The position numbers were made by a program, and so were the translations under genes. This document shows, one piece after another, positions 10,123-20,269 of a stretch of 64,000 nt of DNA. The notes beneath the pieces were generated by a model. It ran no database searches. It was not told the DNA's origin and saw only the letters and a program-made list of their open reading frames with translations. Numbering within the stretch: position 1 is the first letter of the stretch; each line of letters opens with the position of its first letter. Source of the DNA: Nitrosopumilus sp. (GTDB lineage: Archaea; Thermoproteota; Nitrososphaeria; Nitrososphaerales; Nitrosopumilaceae); contig CBDBCE010000004.1 of the NCBI GenBank assembly GCA_965203315.1, positions 277,629 through 341,628 on the forward strand, read 5' to 3'.

Positions 10123-10761
10123 CTACCATAGTTGTTTGATTAGCGGTTCTGCGAAATAAGCTTTATCGTCGCAGTAGAGATCAATTAATGTTCGCAGTCG
10201 AGTTGTTAATTTAATATCGTCAATCTTGTTGACGTTGTCTTTTCTATCTGGTTTGAAGAGATATAGATATACTCGTACTCGTCCATCATTGATATTATTT
10301 GCCATCGAATCCCATAGATCTTGTTCTACATAAGCATGAATAGCAAGATCTCGTACATAGTCAGAATATCACTCCAAGGCGGTGGTTAAACAAAAAACAG
10401 AATCTTTCTTTTTAAGATACTCTAAAACCTTTGATCGATCTTCACCTACATCGATCTGAAGTCGTAAATCGCGCATATGTCGAAAGTTACTAAAGAATTT
10501 TACAAGACTCGGTGGTGACGAGACATAGTATTGGTGAGTTTTATCAACTAGATTGCGAGAGCGAGCAACATATCCTAGTTGTTGCAACCATGTTACAAAG
10601 TTATGGATACTACCTCCGTGCTGATAACCCAACGCTCTTGCCATTGATCTCTGTGTGAATGATTTATGACTCAGCATATAGTACATCAGAGGATATGCAT
10701 ACTTTGATCTAAAGCTTGCCATGTTATGTGGTGCCTGGTCATCTTTTATGTGTTTGAGCAT
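10123..10761 (-). pseudogene. AbiEi-like (type IV TA antitoxin / wHTH regulator) with one in-frame TGA
   Basis: ORFs 10369-10806 and 10123-10305 are in the same frame, separated only by TGA at 10369-10371; wHTH (TQRSMARALG) plus TTALE.Y and TTRLRTLIDL motifs. Confidence 0.6.
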
Positions 10762-11579
10762 GAATTCTTGACCGCATACGGTCAGAAAAACATGAACAAA
10801 CATCAAATAGTTGACCTTAATACAAAATCATATCAGATTTGTCGCTATTTACACGATACAAATTCGGACATTTTTAACTTGCAGAGGATATCAAGTTTGT
10901 GTACGACTTTAGACCACTTTCAAATAGGATGTGTTGTGCAAATAACATCTCGTGTCTGATGGTGGCAATAAAGGTAGAATGAGATTTTAGATGAGACAAT
11001 CAAAAACTATGGGAAAATCCACTACATTACAAAGATCATGGACTAGTCATACGCGAGTCAAAAACCAAGAAAAAAACCATAACCAAATTTTAGATGAGAC
11101 AGATAGAATCAGACATTAGACACATCTTACACATGTAAATCATCTACAGATCAATGGTGAAGAGACGATTCAACAATCTCATCTCAGATTGTTTTTGCAA
11201 CAGTCAGAGAACTAGCGATCCATAGTATGACGTTAGGTCAACATGTTGTTTAGGCATGAAAAACAAACTTTAATAAAAGATCATGCCTGACATCTATGAC
11301 AACCGAACATCATACATCTTGTATCTCCATGAGCGGTACAACTAAATGACCACACATGTCTTTAAAGAGCTGTCGTGAAAGCATCACAGACACATTTGTC
11401 TAGAAACAGCTTCTAAAAGGAGCAGTTATCGACGAGTAATCAGGAGATGAATATCATGTCGAATGTTGGGAATGCTATTCATATTCTACAACAACTGAAC
11501 AAATCGTTCATAGTCTTTAAATACAAACTTTTGAAAGTTCTATCAAGAATTAAATAGAATTTACCTAGACTTGTACTAG

Positions 11580-12695
11580 TTGAGTCAAGCGATTACACAA
11601 ATACATAGTGATATTGATGATATTCTAGAAGACTCGTTAAGTGGTAAGATGCCTGGACCAGATGAATGTCTGAGACTCTTGGAATCCGATGACGTTCATC
11701 TTATGGGTCTGGTCTCTGGGCATCTGGCACGAAGACGCTTTGGCCGCAAAGTATCATTTGTAAATAACATCATTCTCAATTATACTAATGTCTGTATAAC
11801 CGACTGCAAATTTTGTGCGTTTTATAGATCTCCTGGTACCCCCGAATCTTATACACTTACTCTTGATCAGATAGAGTCTAGAGTGGCTGCAGCATGGTCT
11901 ATGTTTAAGATACGACAAGTCTTGTTTCAAGGCGGACATAGCCCAAATCTAGGAATAGAATACTATGAAAATGTCTTTTCTATGATCCGTAACAAATTTC
12001 CCAAAGTTGGCGTACATGGATTGTCCGCATCAGAGATTGATATGATTGCCAAAGTTGAAAAGTCATCAACACGCGAAGTTTTGTCAAGACTCACAGCTGC
12101 TGGTTTGCAATCAATCCCTGGAGCGGGAGCCGAGATTCTAGTCGACTCTGTAAAAGATGTAATCAGTCCTAAAAAGATAACCAGTGATCGATGGTTACAA
12201 ATCATGCGTGAAGCCTACTCTCTCGGTCTCTCTGCATCGGCCACAATGATGTATGGACACGTTGAATCAAATCGCGATATTGTTGATCACTTGTACAAAC
12301 TAGTAGATCTTCAAGAGCGCACTCCTGTATTCATGGCATTCATACCGTGGAACTTTGAACCTAATAACACTCTGCTACAAAAAGAGAAGACTGTACAGTA
12401 TGGCACAGGAGGTACAACTCTCTTAAAGATGATCGCAATATCTAGATTGGTCTTTGACGGACTGATCTCACATATTCAATCTTCGTGGCTTACCAATGGT
12501 GTTGGTATGGCACAGCTTGCACTACGATATGGTGCAGATGACTTTGGCGGTACCCTTATCGGGGAAGAGGTTGTATCATGTACGGGTGCTCGTTCTACCG
12601 AACTCACAGACAAGATAATCATAAATGCTGTCCATCAAATGGGTTATTCGATCCAAGAGCGTGACAACTTTTACAATCCTGTATCGATCTTGTAG
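11580..12695 (+). CDS. mqnC: radical SAM dehypoxanthine futalosine cyclase (MqnC/CofH family)
   Basis: NYTNVCITDCKFCAF, QGG, PGAGAEIL, TMMYGH; next to menaquinone UbiD-family gene. Confidence 0.85.
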   Translation: MSQAITQIHSDIDDILEDSLSGKMPGPDECLRLLESDDVHLMGLVSGHLARRRFGRKVSFVNNIILNYTNVCITDCKFCAFYRSPGTPESYTLTLDQIESRVAAAWSMFKIRQVLFQGGHSPNLGIEYYENVFSMIRNKFPKVGVHGLSASEIDMIAKVEKSSTREVLSRLTAAGLQSIPGAGAEILVDSVKDVISPKKITSDRWLQIMREAYSLGLSASATMMYGHVESNRDIVDHLYKLVDLQERTPVFMAFIPWNFEPNNTLLQKEKTVQYGTGGTTLLKMIAISRLVFDGLISHIQSSWLTNGVGMAQLALRYGADDFGGTLIGEEVVSCTGARSTELTDKIIINAVHQMGYSIQERDNFYNPVSIL

Positions 12696-14122
12696 TCTTG
12701 CCATCTAGAGTCTACTAGATTCTTGGTGTTGATATCTACAGATACTTGCTCTTGAATCTCGCGTGTATATCCTTCTTCTGCCGTCTTTTGCGTCGCATCG
12801 ATCCCCATCTTTGAACCTAGATTGACCAGTGGTGATGCGGGATCGAGTGTATCTGTTGGTGTATGATTGATTATGATTGTATCTCGTGCTGCGTCAGATC
12901 TAGTTGTAACTGCCCATATCACGTCATTGATATCATGTACATTGATATCATCGTCTACTATTATTATGATCTTTGTAAGCGCAAGCTGTCCTATACTCCA
13001 TGCCCCCATCATGACCTTTTTTGCCTGACCAGGGTAACGTTTCTTGATGGATATGATCGCAAATCCTTGAAACCATCCTGCGGGTGGCATCGAAAAGTCA
13101 ACAACTTCGGGATGAATCATCTTCATCAATGGTAGAAATGAACGTTCGATGACTTTGCCAATGTACGCATCTTCGAGAATGGGTTTACCTACTATTGTTG
13201 TTATGTATATAGGATCTCTCCGTCGCATAACCCCCGTCAGTGTAAATGTTGGGTATGGTTCTACTGGAGTGTAATATCCTGTATGATCTCCAAAGGGACC
13301 CTCATCTCTCAAGTCATTAGGATCTACATATCCCTCTAATACAATCTCGGCGTTTGCTGGGACATCTAGATCAACAGTCTTGCATCTAACCGTCTTGATC
13401 CCTGTTCTCTGTGTGATTCCTGCAAAGAGATATTTGTCTAGCCCTTCAGGTACGGGAGCAATCGACGAGAATATGGTGGCTGGTTCGCCTCCTAGTATTA
13501 TGGCAACGGGTATCTTTTCTCCCGCCTCTTTAGTTATCTCGCTGTGTTGTGCACCTCGTTTGTGCTTTTGCCAATGCATCAACGCATGAGTCTCATCGAT
13601 GATCTGAATCCTATACACTCCTAGGTTTCTTACTTTGGTCTCTGGATGTCTGGTCGCAACCATTCCTAATGTTATGAATCTCCCCGCGTCCTTGGGCCAT
13701 GAACGCAGTATCGGTAGATCGTTAAACGTCTCTTTGGTTGATACCGCTTGAGTTACCGGACCTGATGACTCTTTTGGAAACGCTTCTCCCATCTTTGAGA
13801 TCTCTGGAAGTTTCTTTATCTTGCTTAGTATTCCAGAAGGCATCTCCATCTTTGTCATCTCTACTATTCTTTGACCAATATCTGTAAAGTCGGTCATCTC
13901 TAACCCTATCTCTAGTCGTCTCATAGATCCAAAGGCATTTCCCAAGACTGGTATGTTGTGACCTTTTACTTTCTCGAAGAGTAATGCAGGACCATTAGCA
14001 TACATGCTCCTTCTCATTATCTCTGCAATCTCCAAGTCGGGGTCTACCTCAACCGACACTCGTCTCAATTCATTACTCTCTTCTAATCTAGTAACAAGTT
14101 CGTGTATGTCGTTTATTGGCAT
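12671..14122 (-). CDS. ubiD: UbiD-family decarboxylase (menaquinone biosynthesis)
   Basis: RNLGVYR, EGPFGDHTGYY, LDPAS...KMGIDAT. Confidence 0.92.
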   Translation of the reverse strand: MPINDIHELVTRLEESNELRRVSVEVDPDLEIAEIMRRSMYANGPALLFEKVKGHNIPVLGNAFGSMRRLEIGLEMTDFTDIGQRIVEMTKMEMPSGILSKIKKLPEISKMGEAFPKESSGPVTQAVSTKETFNDLPILRSWPKDAGRFITLGMVATRHPETKVRNLGVYRIQIIDETHALMHWQKHKRGAQHSEITKEAGEKIPVAIILGGEPATIFSSIAPVPEGLDKYLFAGITQRTGIKTVRCKTVDLDVPANAEIVLEGYVDPNDLRDEGPFGDHTGYYTPVEPYPTFTLTGVMRRRDPIYITTIVGKPILEDAYIGKVIERSFLPLMKMIHPEVVDFSMPPAGWFQGFAIISIKKRYPGQAKKVMMGAWSIGQLALTKIIIIVDDDINVHDINDVIWAVTTRSDAARDTIIINHTPTDTLDPASPLVNLGSKMGIDATQKTAEEGYTREIQEQVSVDINTKNLVDSRWQDYKIDTGL

Positions 14123-14273
14123 AAAGGCTGTTGTGGCGATTTAGGTATTATGTCTTAGCTGTATAAGGCTCTGCAAGCTATCAGGATAAAGATGACAAAG
14201 GTACAAATTATGATCTATTTGAATACACTTCATACTGTTACACTTCAAATTGTCACTTGCCATGTTCATTGTT

Positions 14274-14442
14274 GGTTTTGTTCAATTGAAAGAGTTGCAT
14301 TTTCTGCACAAAATTCTCGAAACTTTGCAAAATATGGAAGCGGTATCATATCGACTATAGTAAATTACTGCTGTTTTGAGTCTCAAGTTGTGCGTTGAGA
14401 TGACGTCATAAAGATCTCAACCCCCGTCAACTGAACAAAACC
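14274..14442 (+). mobile_element. MITE family A
   Basis: Terminal IR GGTTTTGTTCAATTGA...TCAACTGAACAAAACC; internal similarity to 16734 and 19672. Confidence 0.85.
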
Positions 14443-14556
14443 CGTTGATCACATCCTGACTTTTAGATCCTAATTGTCATCCTTGCAAGATTTCATACTT
14501 TACATGTCTAAGATCATAAAGATCTACATCATCGAGTCTAGCTTGATCAATACACT

Positions 14557-14928
14557 TTACAGTGGAGGCAACTCTGTTTTTTTATCAAATCCGCCAGAAC
14601 CAAACTTGCAGTAGAAACATAATTCGGATTCCATGTACTTTACTACATCGATCTTGATCGCGCCCATCTTGAGTGCAATCTTTGTGAGAAATCTGTGTTT
14701 GAGTGGCATTGAAGGAATGACCTCTTCTTTGTATACTCTGTAGTGATCTGGACAAAACTTTAGTGTTATACATGCTGTCTTGTCACTTGAATCTATGCTC
14801 TTTGTAATATTGATCTGTTCTCTCACATACTCGTGTTTCGGACATGGGCAGTTCTTTCCACCAGGATGTTTGTATGCTGGTGTATTCTTCCAATCAAAGT
14901 CTGGATACTCTCTCTCAAATTCGTCCAT
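14557..14928 (-). CDS. hypothetical Cys-rich protein
   Basis: ATG ORF with CPCPKH, FCPDH and CFYC motifs, upstream TTTATA box. Confidence 0.7.
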   Translation of the reverse strand: MDEFEREYPDFDWKNTPAYKHPGGKNCPCPKHEYVREQINITKSIDSSDKTACITLKFCPDHYRVYKEEVIPSMPLKHRFLTKIALKMGAIKIDVVKYMESELCFYCKFGSGGFDKKTELPPL

Positions 14929-15162
14929 GTATTGTGGAGAATTACATTGAATATAAAACTTGATTATTAGTGGTATATGTCATCAATTTACAATAACCAT
15001 CTCCGTTACCCAACATTCGTATGTATCTAGTTCAAACTAATTTGATGCTTTCAAATTATCATCACGCTGTTCTTGTTTTCATACTGCTATTTCTTGTAGT
15101 GTACATGTTTCAATATTATGAATCACAATATACATAAACCCTAGATCATGAATCCTTGAACA

Positions 15163-16149
15163 TTGACAAAGAGACAAACCAAGAAAGATCTAGAAGATAA
15201 AATTGCTGAACTTGAGGCGCGATTAGAGACGCTTAGCGTAATTGCAAATCAGACACAACACGAATCCAAACATACACAAAAACATTCGTCACAAGATAAG
15301 ACACAACAATCCACAAAACCCAAAGGTACACTACCAAAGGGGTTTGAAGCCAAATCTGAACCAAAGTCAGAACCAACCAAATCTGAACCTACAAAACCCA
15401 AAGGTACACTACCAAAGGGGTTTGAAGCCAAATCTGAACCAAAGTCAGAACCAACCAAATCTGAACCTACAAAACCCAAAGGTACACTACCAAAGGGGTT
15501 TGAAGCCAAATCTGAACCAAAGTCAGAACCAACCAAATCTGAACCTACAAAACCCAAAGGTACACTACCAAAGGGGTTTGAAGCCAAATCTGAACCAAAG
15601 TCAGAACCAACCAAATCTGAACCTACAAAACCCAAAGGTACACTACCAAAGGGGTTTGAAGCCAAATCTGAACCAAAGTCAGAACCAACCAAATCTGAAC
15701 CTACAAAACCCAAAGGTACACTACCAAAGGGGTTTGAAGCCAAATCTGAACCACCAAAGCCAACTCCTAAAGAAGATACTGCACAACCTCCAGTGACATA
15801 TCAAGCAGCACTAGAAGACGCGTACTATAACTCGCCACAGACAGACTTTCATCAATACCGAGCAAAAGTTACAGGATACTCTCCTGCACCAAACCGCTAC
15901 TTTGTTAGACGAACAGCTCCTGTGGGAAAAGTTCCGACAACTAACTGGAATGAACAAAAGGCAACCGTTACCGGATACACACAATCATCAAACCAATACT
16001 TTGCAACTCGTCCTCGTCTAGCATATCATCCACCTGATAAGACCTTTGGTGGATTTAGTGGTGTGAATATGATGGTTGAAGACATTGCACATGTCCAACC
16101 ACAAACTGTATCTACAAAACCTAAAGGAACACTCCCGAAAGGATTCTAA
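15163..16149 (+). CDS. KPKGTLPKGF-repeat protein, paralog 1
   Basis: N-terminal coiled coil, 26-aa tandem repeats, conserved core shared with 42899. Confidence 0.85.
   Translation: MTKRQTKKDLEDKIAELEARLETLSVIANQTQHESKHTQKHSSQDKTQQSTKPKGTLPKGFEAKSEPKSEPTKSEPTKPKGTLPKGFEAKSEPKSEPTKSEPTKPKGTLPKGFEAKSEPKSEPTKSEPTKPKGTLPKGFEAKSEPKSEPTKSEPTKPKGTLPKGFEAKSEPKSEPTKSEPTKPKGTLPKGFEAKSEPPKPTPKEDTAQPPVTYQAALEDAYYNSPQTDFHQYRAKVTGYSPAPNRYFVRRTAPVGKVPTTNWNEQKATVTGYTQSSNQYFATRPRLAYHPPDKTFGGFSGVNMMVEDIAHVQPQTVSTKPKGTLPKGF
15313..15752 (+). repeat. 78-bp coding tandem repeat, ~5.6 identical copies
   Basis: Units start at 15313, 15391, 15469, 15547, 15625, 15703. Confidence 0.95.
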
Positions 16150-16207
16150 ATAATTTCTTTTTTATTTTCACCGTAATATTATTTTGTTGGATGTTTTTGA
16201 TAATTGT

Positions 16208-16399
16208 ATGTCTCCGAGAATTCGTTGCCCTAACTGTCAGCAAAAAGAATGGCTCGAAAATCCATACATACATCATCTTCCTCGTGCTCTACAGCTAAGT
16301 GATGGCAAATATGTGGTTGACGTCAACAATGGTATTAACATCAAGATTTGGCGATGTGATAACTGTATGTATGTTATGCAATTTTGGGAACCTGATTAG
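16208..16399 (+). CDS. small Zn-ribbon protein
   Basis: MSPRIRCPNC...WRCDNC. Confidence 0.75.
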   Translation: MSPRIRCPNCQQKEWLENPYIHHLPRALQLSDGKYVVDVNNGINIKIWRCDNCMYVMQFWEPD

Positions 16400-16458
16400 C
16401 AAACAGCATTTATCACTTTCCTAAATGCTCGATACATTTTTTATTGCATTGACGGTTT

Positions 16459-16569
16459 AGATGTCTTCGATTTACATGGGATTGAATTTTACACAACTTT
16501 TCCATAATTTTCCCTTATAGAATCTTGTAATGTTTTCTAATTCTATCCTAACGTAAATCGAAGAGATCC
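16459..16569 (+). mobile_element. MITE family B
   Basis: AGATGTCTTCGATTTAC...GTAAATCGAAGAGATCC terminal IR. Confidence 0.8.
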
Positions 16570-16733
16570 TCCAATAGATCTCCACAAACATAAAATCATC
16601 TACATACTTTGGGTCGGTCACAAACTCATCACAAGATAGAGAGATTCTTTGGAACATTTGAAAATGATGTTGTACACTACACTTGAGTGAATGAATGTAT
16701 TGGATACTGTAATGAGCAAAGATTGCATTTTGT

Positions 16734-16908
16734 GGTTCTGTTCAATTGACGGGGATGGGCATTTTCTGCACAAAATTCTTGAAAAATTTCGCAAATGTGG
16801 AAAAGGTCTCATCTGCTATCGTAAATTGCTACTGTTTTGAGTCACATATTGTACATTCTTTGAGATAGCGTCACAACGATTTCAACCCCCCGTAAATTGA
16901 ACAGAACC
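16734..16908 (+). mobile_element. MITE family A
   Basis: Terminal IR GGTTCTGTTCAATT...AATTGAACAGAACC; near-identical to 19672. Confidence 0.9.
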
Positions 16909-17075
16909 CTAGACTCTTCTCAAAGCGTTTAGAGCAACAAAACAAGCCAGTGCTAAAATTTGACAAGACTTCTAATGAGCAGACCAGACTTCTGAAAGTG
17001 TGAAATAATTCTCATTTAAGACAAAGTTGTCTATCAGATCTCAATGTTTATTAATACCCTGTATATCTAAACATT

Positions 17076-19490
17076 ATGGTTTCAAGAAATGTCGGTATTG
17101 GCATAGGCATTGCTGTAGCCGTTGCTATTGTAATTAGTGTATCACTTACAATGTCTCCACAACCTGCTGACATTACTGATGTTGCTGACACACCTATCGA
17201 ACCCGTCTCTGGTTCTCTTAGTGGCGAGGTTGAGGTAGGATTTCTTGTAGCATTATCTGGCGATCTATCATCTACTGGTGAACAAGTACATAGTGCTGCT
17301 AAAATTGCACAATCTGACTTTAATGCTTATCTTGCTGAATCTGGTCAAGACTGGACTATGAAACTAGTCATAGAAGACACTCAAACGAATCCCGTCGTCG
17401 CGCTAGAGAAAGCTACATCACTCAACTCTAAAGGTATTGGTGTCATAGTTGGCCCAGGTGCTAGTGCGAGCGTCAAGAATATCAAGGGATATGCTGACGC
17501 AAACAATCTCTTGTTACTAAGTTATAGCAGTACCGCACCTTCTCTTGCACTGCCTGATGACAGCGTATACAGAACAGTACCTGACGATGAGAAACAAGGA
17601 CCTGCTATTGCAAATGTACTGTATGATCAAGGAATTCGTGCTGTTGCAATTGTATATCGAGCAGATGCATGGGGTGATGGTCTACAAAAGACCACGTCTG
17701 AGGGTTTTCAAGCGCTAGGTGGTGTTGTAGCTGAGCCAATCAGATATAATCCAACAACTAGTGAGTTTTCAGCTTCTGTATCTCTACTAGCTGAACAAGT
17801 AAGAACTCTGATTGAAGAACACGGCGAAGACAAGGTTGGTGTATCGATAATCGGTTTTGCCGAGACGCTACAAATAATGCAGTCTGCAGCAAATGAAGAT
17901 GTTTTAAATGATGTAAGATGGTTTGGTACTGATGCCAATACCAATGATGTTAAAATTACCGATGATCCAATCGGTAAAGAGTTTGCAACAGCAACTCAAT
18001 TTACCACTGTACAATTCGCAACAGCAGACAATCCGATAACTGCAATGGTCAGAGATTATGTGGCAGAAGATATTGGACGCACACCTGCTGTATATGCATA
18101 CACTGGATATGATGCCGTATGGCTTGCAGGTCTATCGATACTAGAAGCACAGAGTACAGATCCAGCTGATGTCAAATCTGTAATAATGTCAGTCGCAGCA
18201 GACAGAATAGGAGCATCTGGCTCAAACAAGCTAAACGCAGCAGGTGATCTAGATGCAGCAGACTATGACATTTGGGGTGTACCTGGAGGCGAATGGTCAA
18301 TAGTTGGTAAATATGTAGCAGCTGAAAAGTCTGTCAATTGGGACACCTCTGGTGAACTGAATGGAGAGGTTTCCATAGGTGCGATCGTTGGTATATCTGG
18401 TGCTGTATCCTCTATCGCAGAAGAGGTAGTCAGCGCTTTCAAATTGGCAGAAGCAGACTTTAATGAATACCTGGCAGAATCTGGCCAAGATTGGACTCTG
18501 AATCTAGTTCTTGAAGATACTCAAACAAATCCAGTCATTTCGTTAGAAAAGACAGGATCATTACATGCTAAAGGAATTAGCGTAATTGTTGGTCCTTTTG
18601 CTAGTGCTAATTTACAAAATATTAGAGGATATGTTGATGCTAACGATATACTGGTAATAAGTCCAGGTAGTACAGCTCCTTCTCTTGCACTGCCTGATGA
18701 CAACATATATCGAACTGTGCCTGACGATGAAAAGCAAGGACCTGCTATTGCTCATGTAATGAACGATCAAGGAATAGGCGCAATTGTAATTATGTATAGA
18801 GGAGATGCATGGGGTGATGGGCTACAAAAGACAACATCTGAAAGCTTTACCGCACTAGGTGGCACCGTGGGCGATCCTATACGCTACAATCCCATGACTC
18901 GTGAATTCTCTGCATCTATATCTCTGTTGGCTAATCAAGTACAGTCTCTCGTAGATAAAAATGGTGAAGATCAAGTCGGTGTTGTTCTAATTGGCTTTGC
19001 TGAATCTCTACAAGTAATGCAAGCTGCAAATGAACATGAAATACTAAAACAAGTGAGATGGTTCGGTACAGATGCCAATACAAATGATGCAAAGATAACT
19101 GGTGATCCAATTGGACTCGGCTTTGCAACAACAACCCAATTCACTACAGTTCAATTTGCAACAGCTGATAACCAAATAACTACAAGAGTTAAAGATCTAG
19201 TTGCTGAGGATATTGGGCGGACACCATCTGTTTACGCATATACGTCTTATGACGCTGTTTGGCTTGCGGGACTCTCTATAGAGTCTACTCAGAGCACAGA
19301 TCCTACAGCACTTAAATCAGTTATTATGTCAATTGCAGCAGACCGAGTTGGAGCATCTGGTTCTAACAGATTAAACGAAGCAGGTGATTTGGCATCTGCT
19401 GATTATGACATTTGGGGAGTACCAGGTGGCGAATGGGCCATAGTTGGTAAATATATCGCTGACGAACAGTCTGTAAATTGGGATAGTTAA
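17076..19490 (+). CDS. ABC substrate-binding protein (LIV/branched-chain amino acid type) with two tandem domains
   Basis: N-terminal TM anchor; two ~375-aa repeats (EDTQTNPV, STAPSL, YRTVPDD, YDAVWL). Confidence 0.9.
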   Translation: MVSRNVGIGIGIAVAVAIVISVSLTMSPQPADITDVADTPIEPVSGSLSGEVEVGFLVALSGDLSSTGEQVHSAAKIAQSDFNAYLAESGQDWTMKLVIEDTQTNPVVALEKATSLNSKGIGVIVGPGASASVKNIKGYADANNLLLLSYSSTAPSLALPDDSVYRTVPDDEKQGPAIANVLYDQGIRAVAIVYRADAWGDGLQKTTSEGFQALGGVVAEPIRYNPTTSEFSASVSLLAEQVRTLIEEHGEDKVGVSIIGFAETLQIMQSAANEDVLNDVRWFGTDANTNDVKITDDPIGKEFATATQFTTVQFATADNPITAMVRDYVAEDIGRTPAVYAYTGYDAVWLAGLSILEAQSTDPADVKSVIMSVAADRIGASGSNKLNAAGDLDAADYDIWGVPGGEWSIVGKYVAAEKSVNWDTSGELNGEVSIGAIVGISGAVSSIAEEVVSAFKLAEADFNEYLAESGQDWTLNLVLEDTQTNPVISLEKTGSLHAKGISVIVGPFASANLQNIRGYVDANDILVISPGSTAPSLALPDDNIYRTVPDDEKQGPAIAHVMNDQGIGAIVIMYRGDAWGDGLQKTTSESFTALGGTVGDPIRYNPMTREFSASISLLANQVQSLVDKNGEDQVGVVLIGFAESLQVMQAANEHEILKQVRWFGTDANTNDAKITGDPIGLGFATTTQFTTVQFATADNQITTRVKDLVAEDIGRTPSVYAYTSYDAVWLAGLSIESTQSTDPTALKSVIMSIAADRVGASGSNRLNEAGDLASADYDIWGVPGGEWAIVGKYIADEQSVNWDS

Positions 19491-19671
19491 TCTTCTCTTC
19501 AGTCTAGAATAGAAACAAGATCATAGTCGTATTCATATCTCAAAAATGTTGTGATTGCTAGATTCATGATTCATTAATCGCCGAATAAAATTACTAGACG
19601 TAATGGGAAATTACGAATAGCTATGATTTTTGTTTATGTCATCTGACATTCTATGGCTGTTATCTATTGTG

Positions 19672-19846
19672 GATTCTATTCAATTGACGGGGATGGGCAT
19701 TCTCTGCACAAAATTCTTGAAAAATTTTGCAAATATGGAAAAGGTCTCATATTATCTATCGTAAATTGCTACTGTTTTGAGTCACATATTGTGCATTCTT
19801 TGGGATAACGTCACAGCGATTTCAACCCCGTAAATTGAACAGAACC
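19672..19846 (+). mobile_element. MITE family A
   Basis: GATTCTATTCAATTGACGGGG...CCCCGTAAATTGAACAGAACC. Confidence 0.9.
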
Positions 19847-20190
19847 GCTTTGAGTACTGTCTTGTGCGATATCTCGGTTTGTTTTGCTGCAACATTTGCA
19901 GATACTGGTGGTTCGAACAACTCGATTAAGCTAAATCATTTCAAATATGAGATCTTGATCGATGAGAAAGCAGATATCTCAAAATGGATTAAAGTCTCTC
20001 CTACAGGAGCTACAGCGTAGGCGACCTCTATTTTTCATAGCATAGAATTGCTTGTTTTTACAAAACTTGCAGACGATATTTGCTCCCGACTTTGATTCGA
20101 GATACTTTATCGCAGATATCTCATCATGCGTAGTGACTATTAACGACGACAGATCCATTCACGGCTTCTGCCAAATTGTTCAATAAAAGT

Positions 20191-20231
20191 TTGGGGGCTC
20201 GATATCCCACAGCTCGATATCCCTAATCGCC
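20191..20231. mobile_element. IS1595-like right terminal repeat relic (family D) abutting protease promoter
   Basis: TTGGGGGCTCGATATCC...CTAATCGCC vs IS right end TTAGGGGCTCGAAATGAGCAATCGCC; internal GCTCGATATCC duplication. Confidence 0.55.
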
Positions 20232-20269
20232 AAAGTTAATATGCGTGCCCAAGTTTATGCTTAACGTTA

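Noticed and set aside
11290-11520. Possible decayed small Zn-binding gene (HICLE...YHVECWEC)
   Set aside because: Needs a frameshift and a stop readthrough; too short to support.
14192-14398. Short ORFs at 14192, 16472, 16618, 19835, 35883, 48274, 49709
   Set aside because: They overlap MITE sequence and have no protein motifs; treated as spurious.
15313-15752. Regular repeats resembling a CRISPR array
   Set aside because: Units are identical with no unique spacers, are in-frame coding (78 bp), and there are no cas genes.
15242-15796. Alternate-frame and antisense ORFs in repeat genes (also 42886, 42987, 59527-60238)
   Set aside because: By-products of stop-free tandem repeats.
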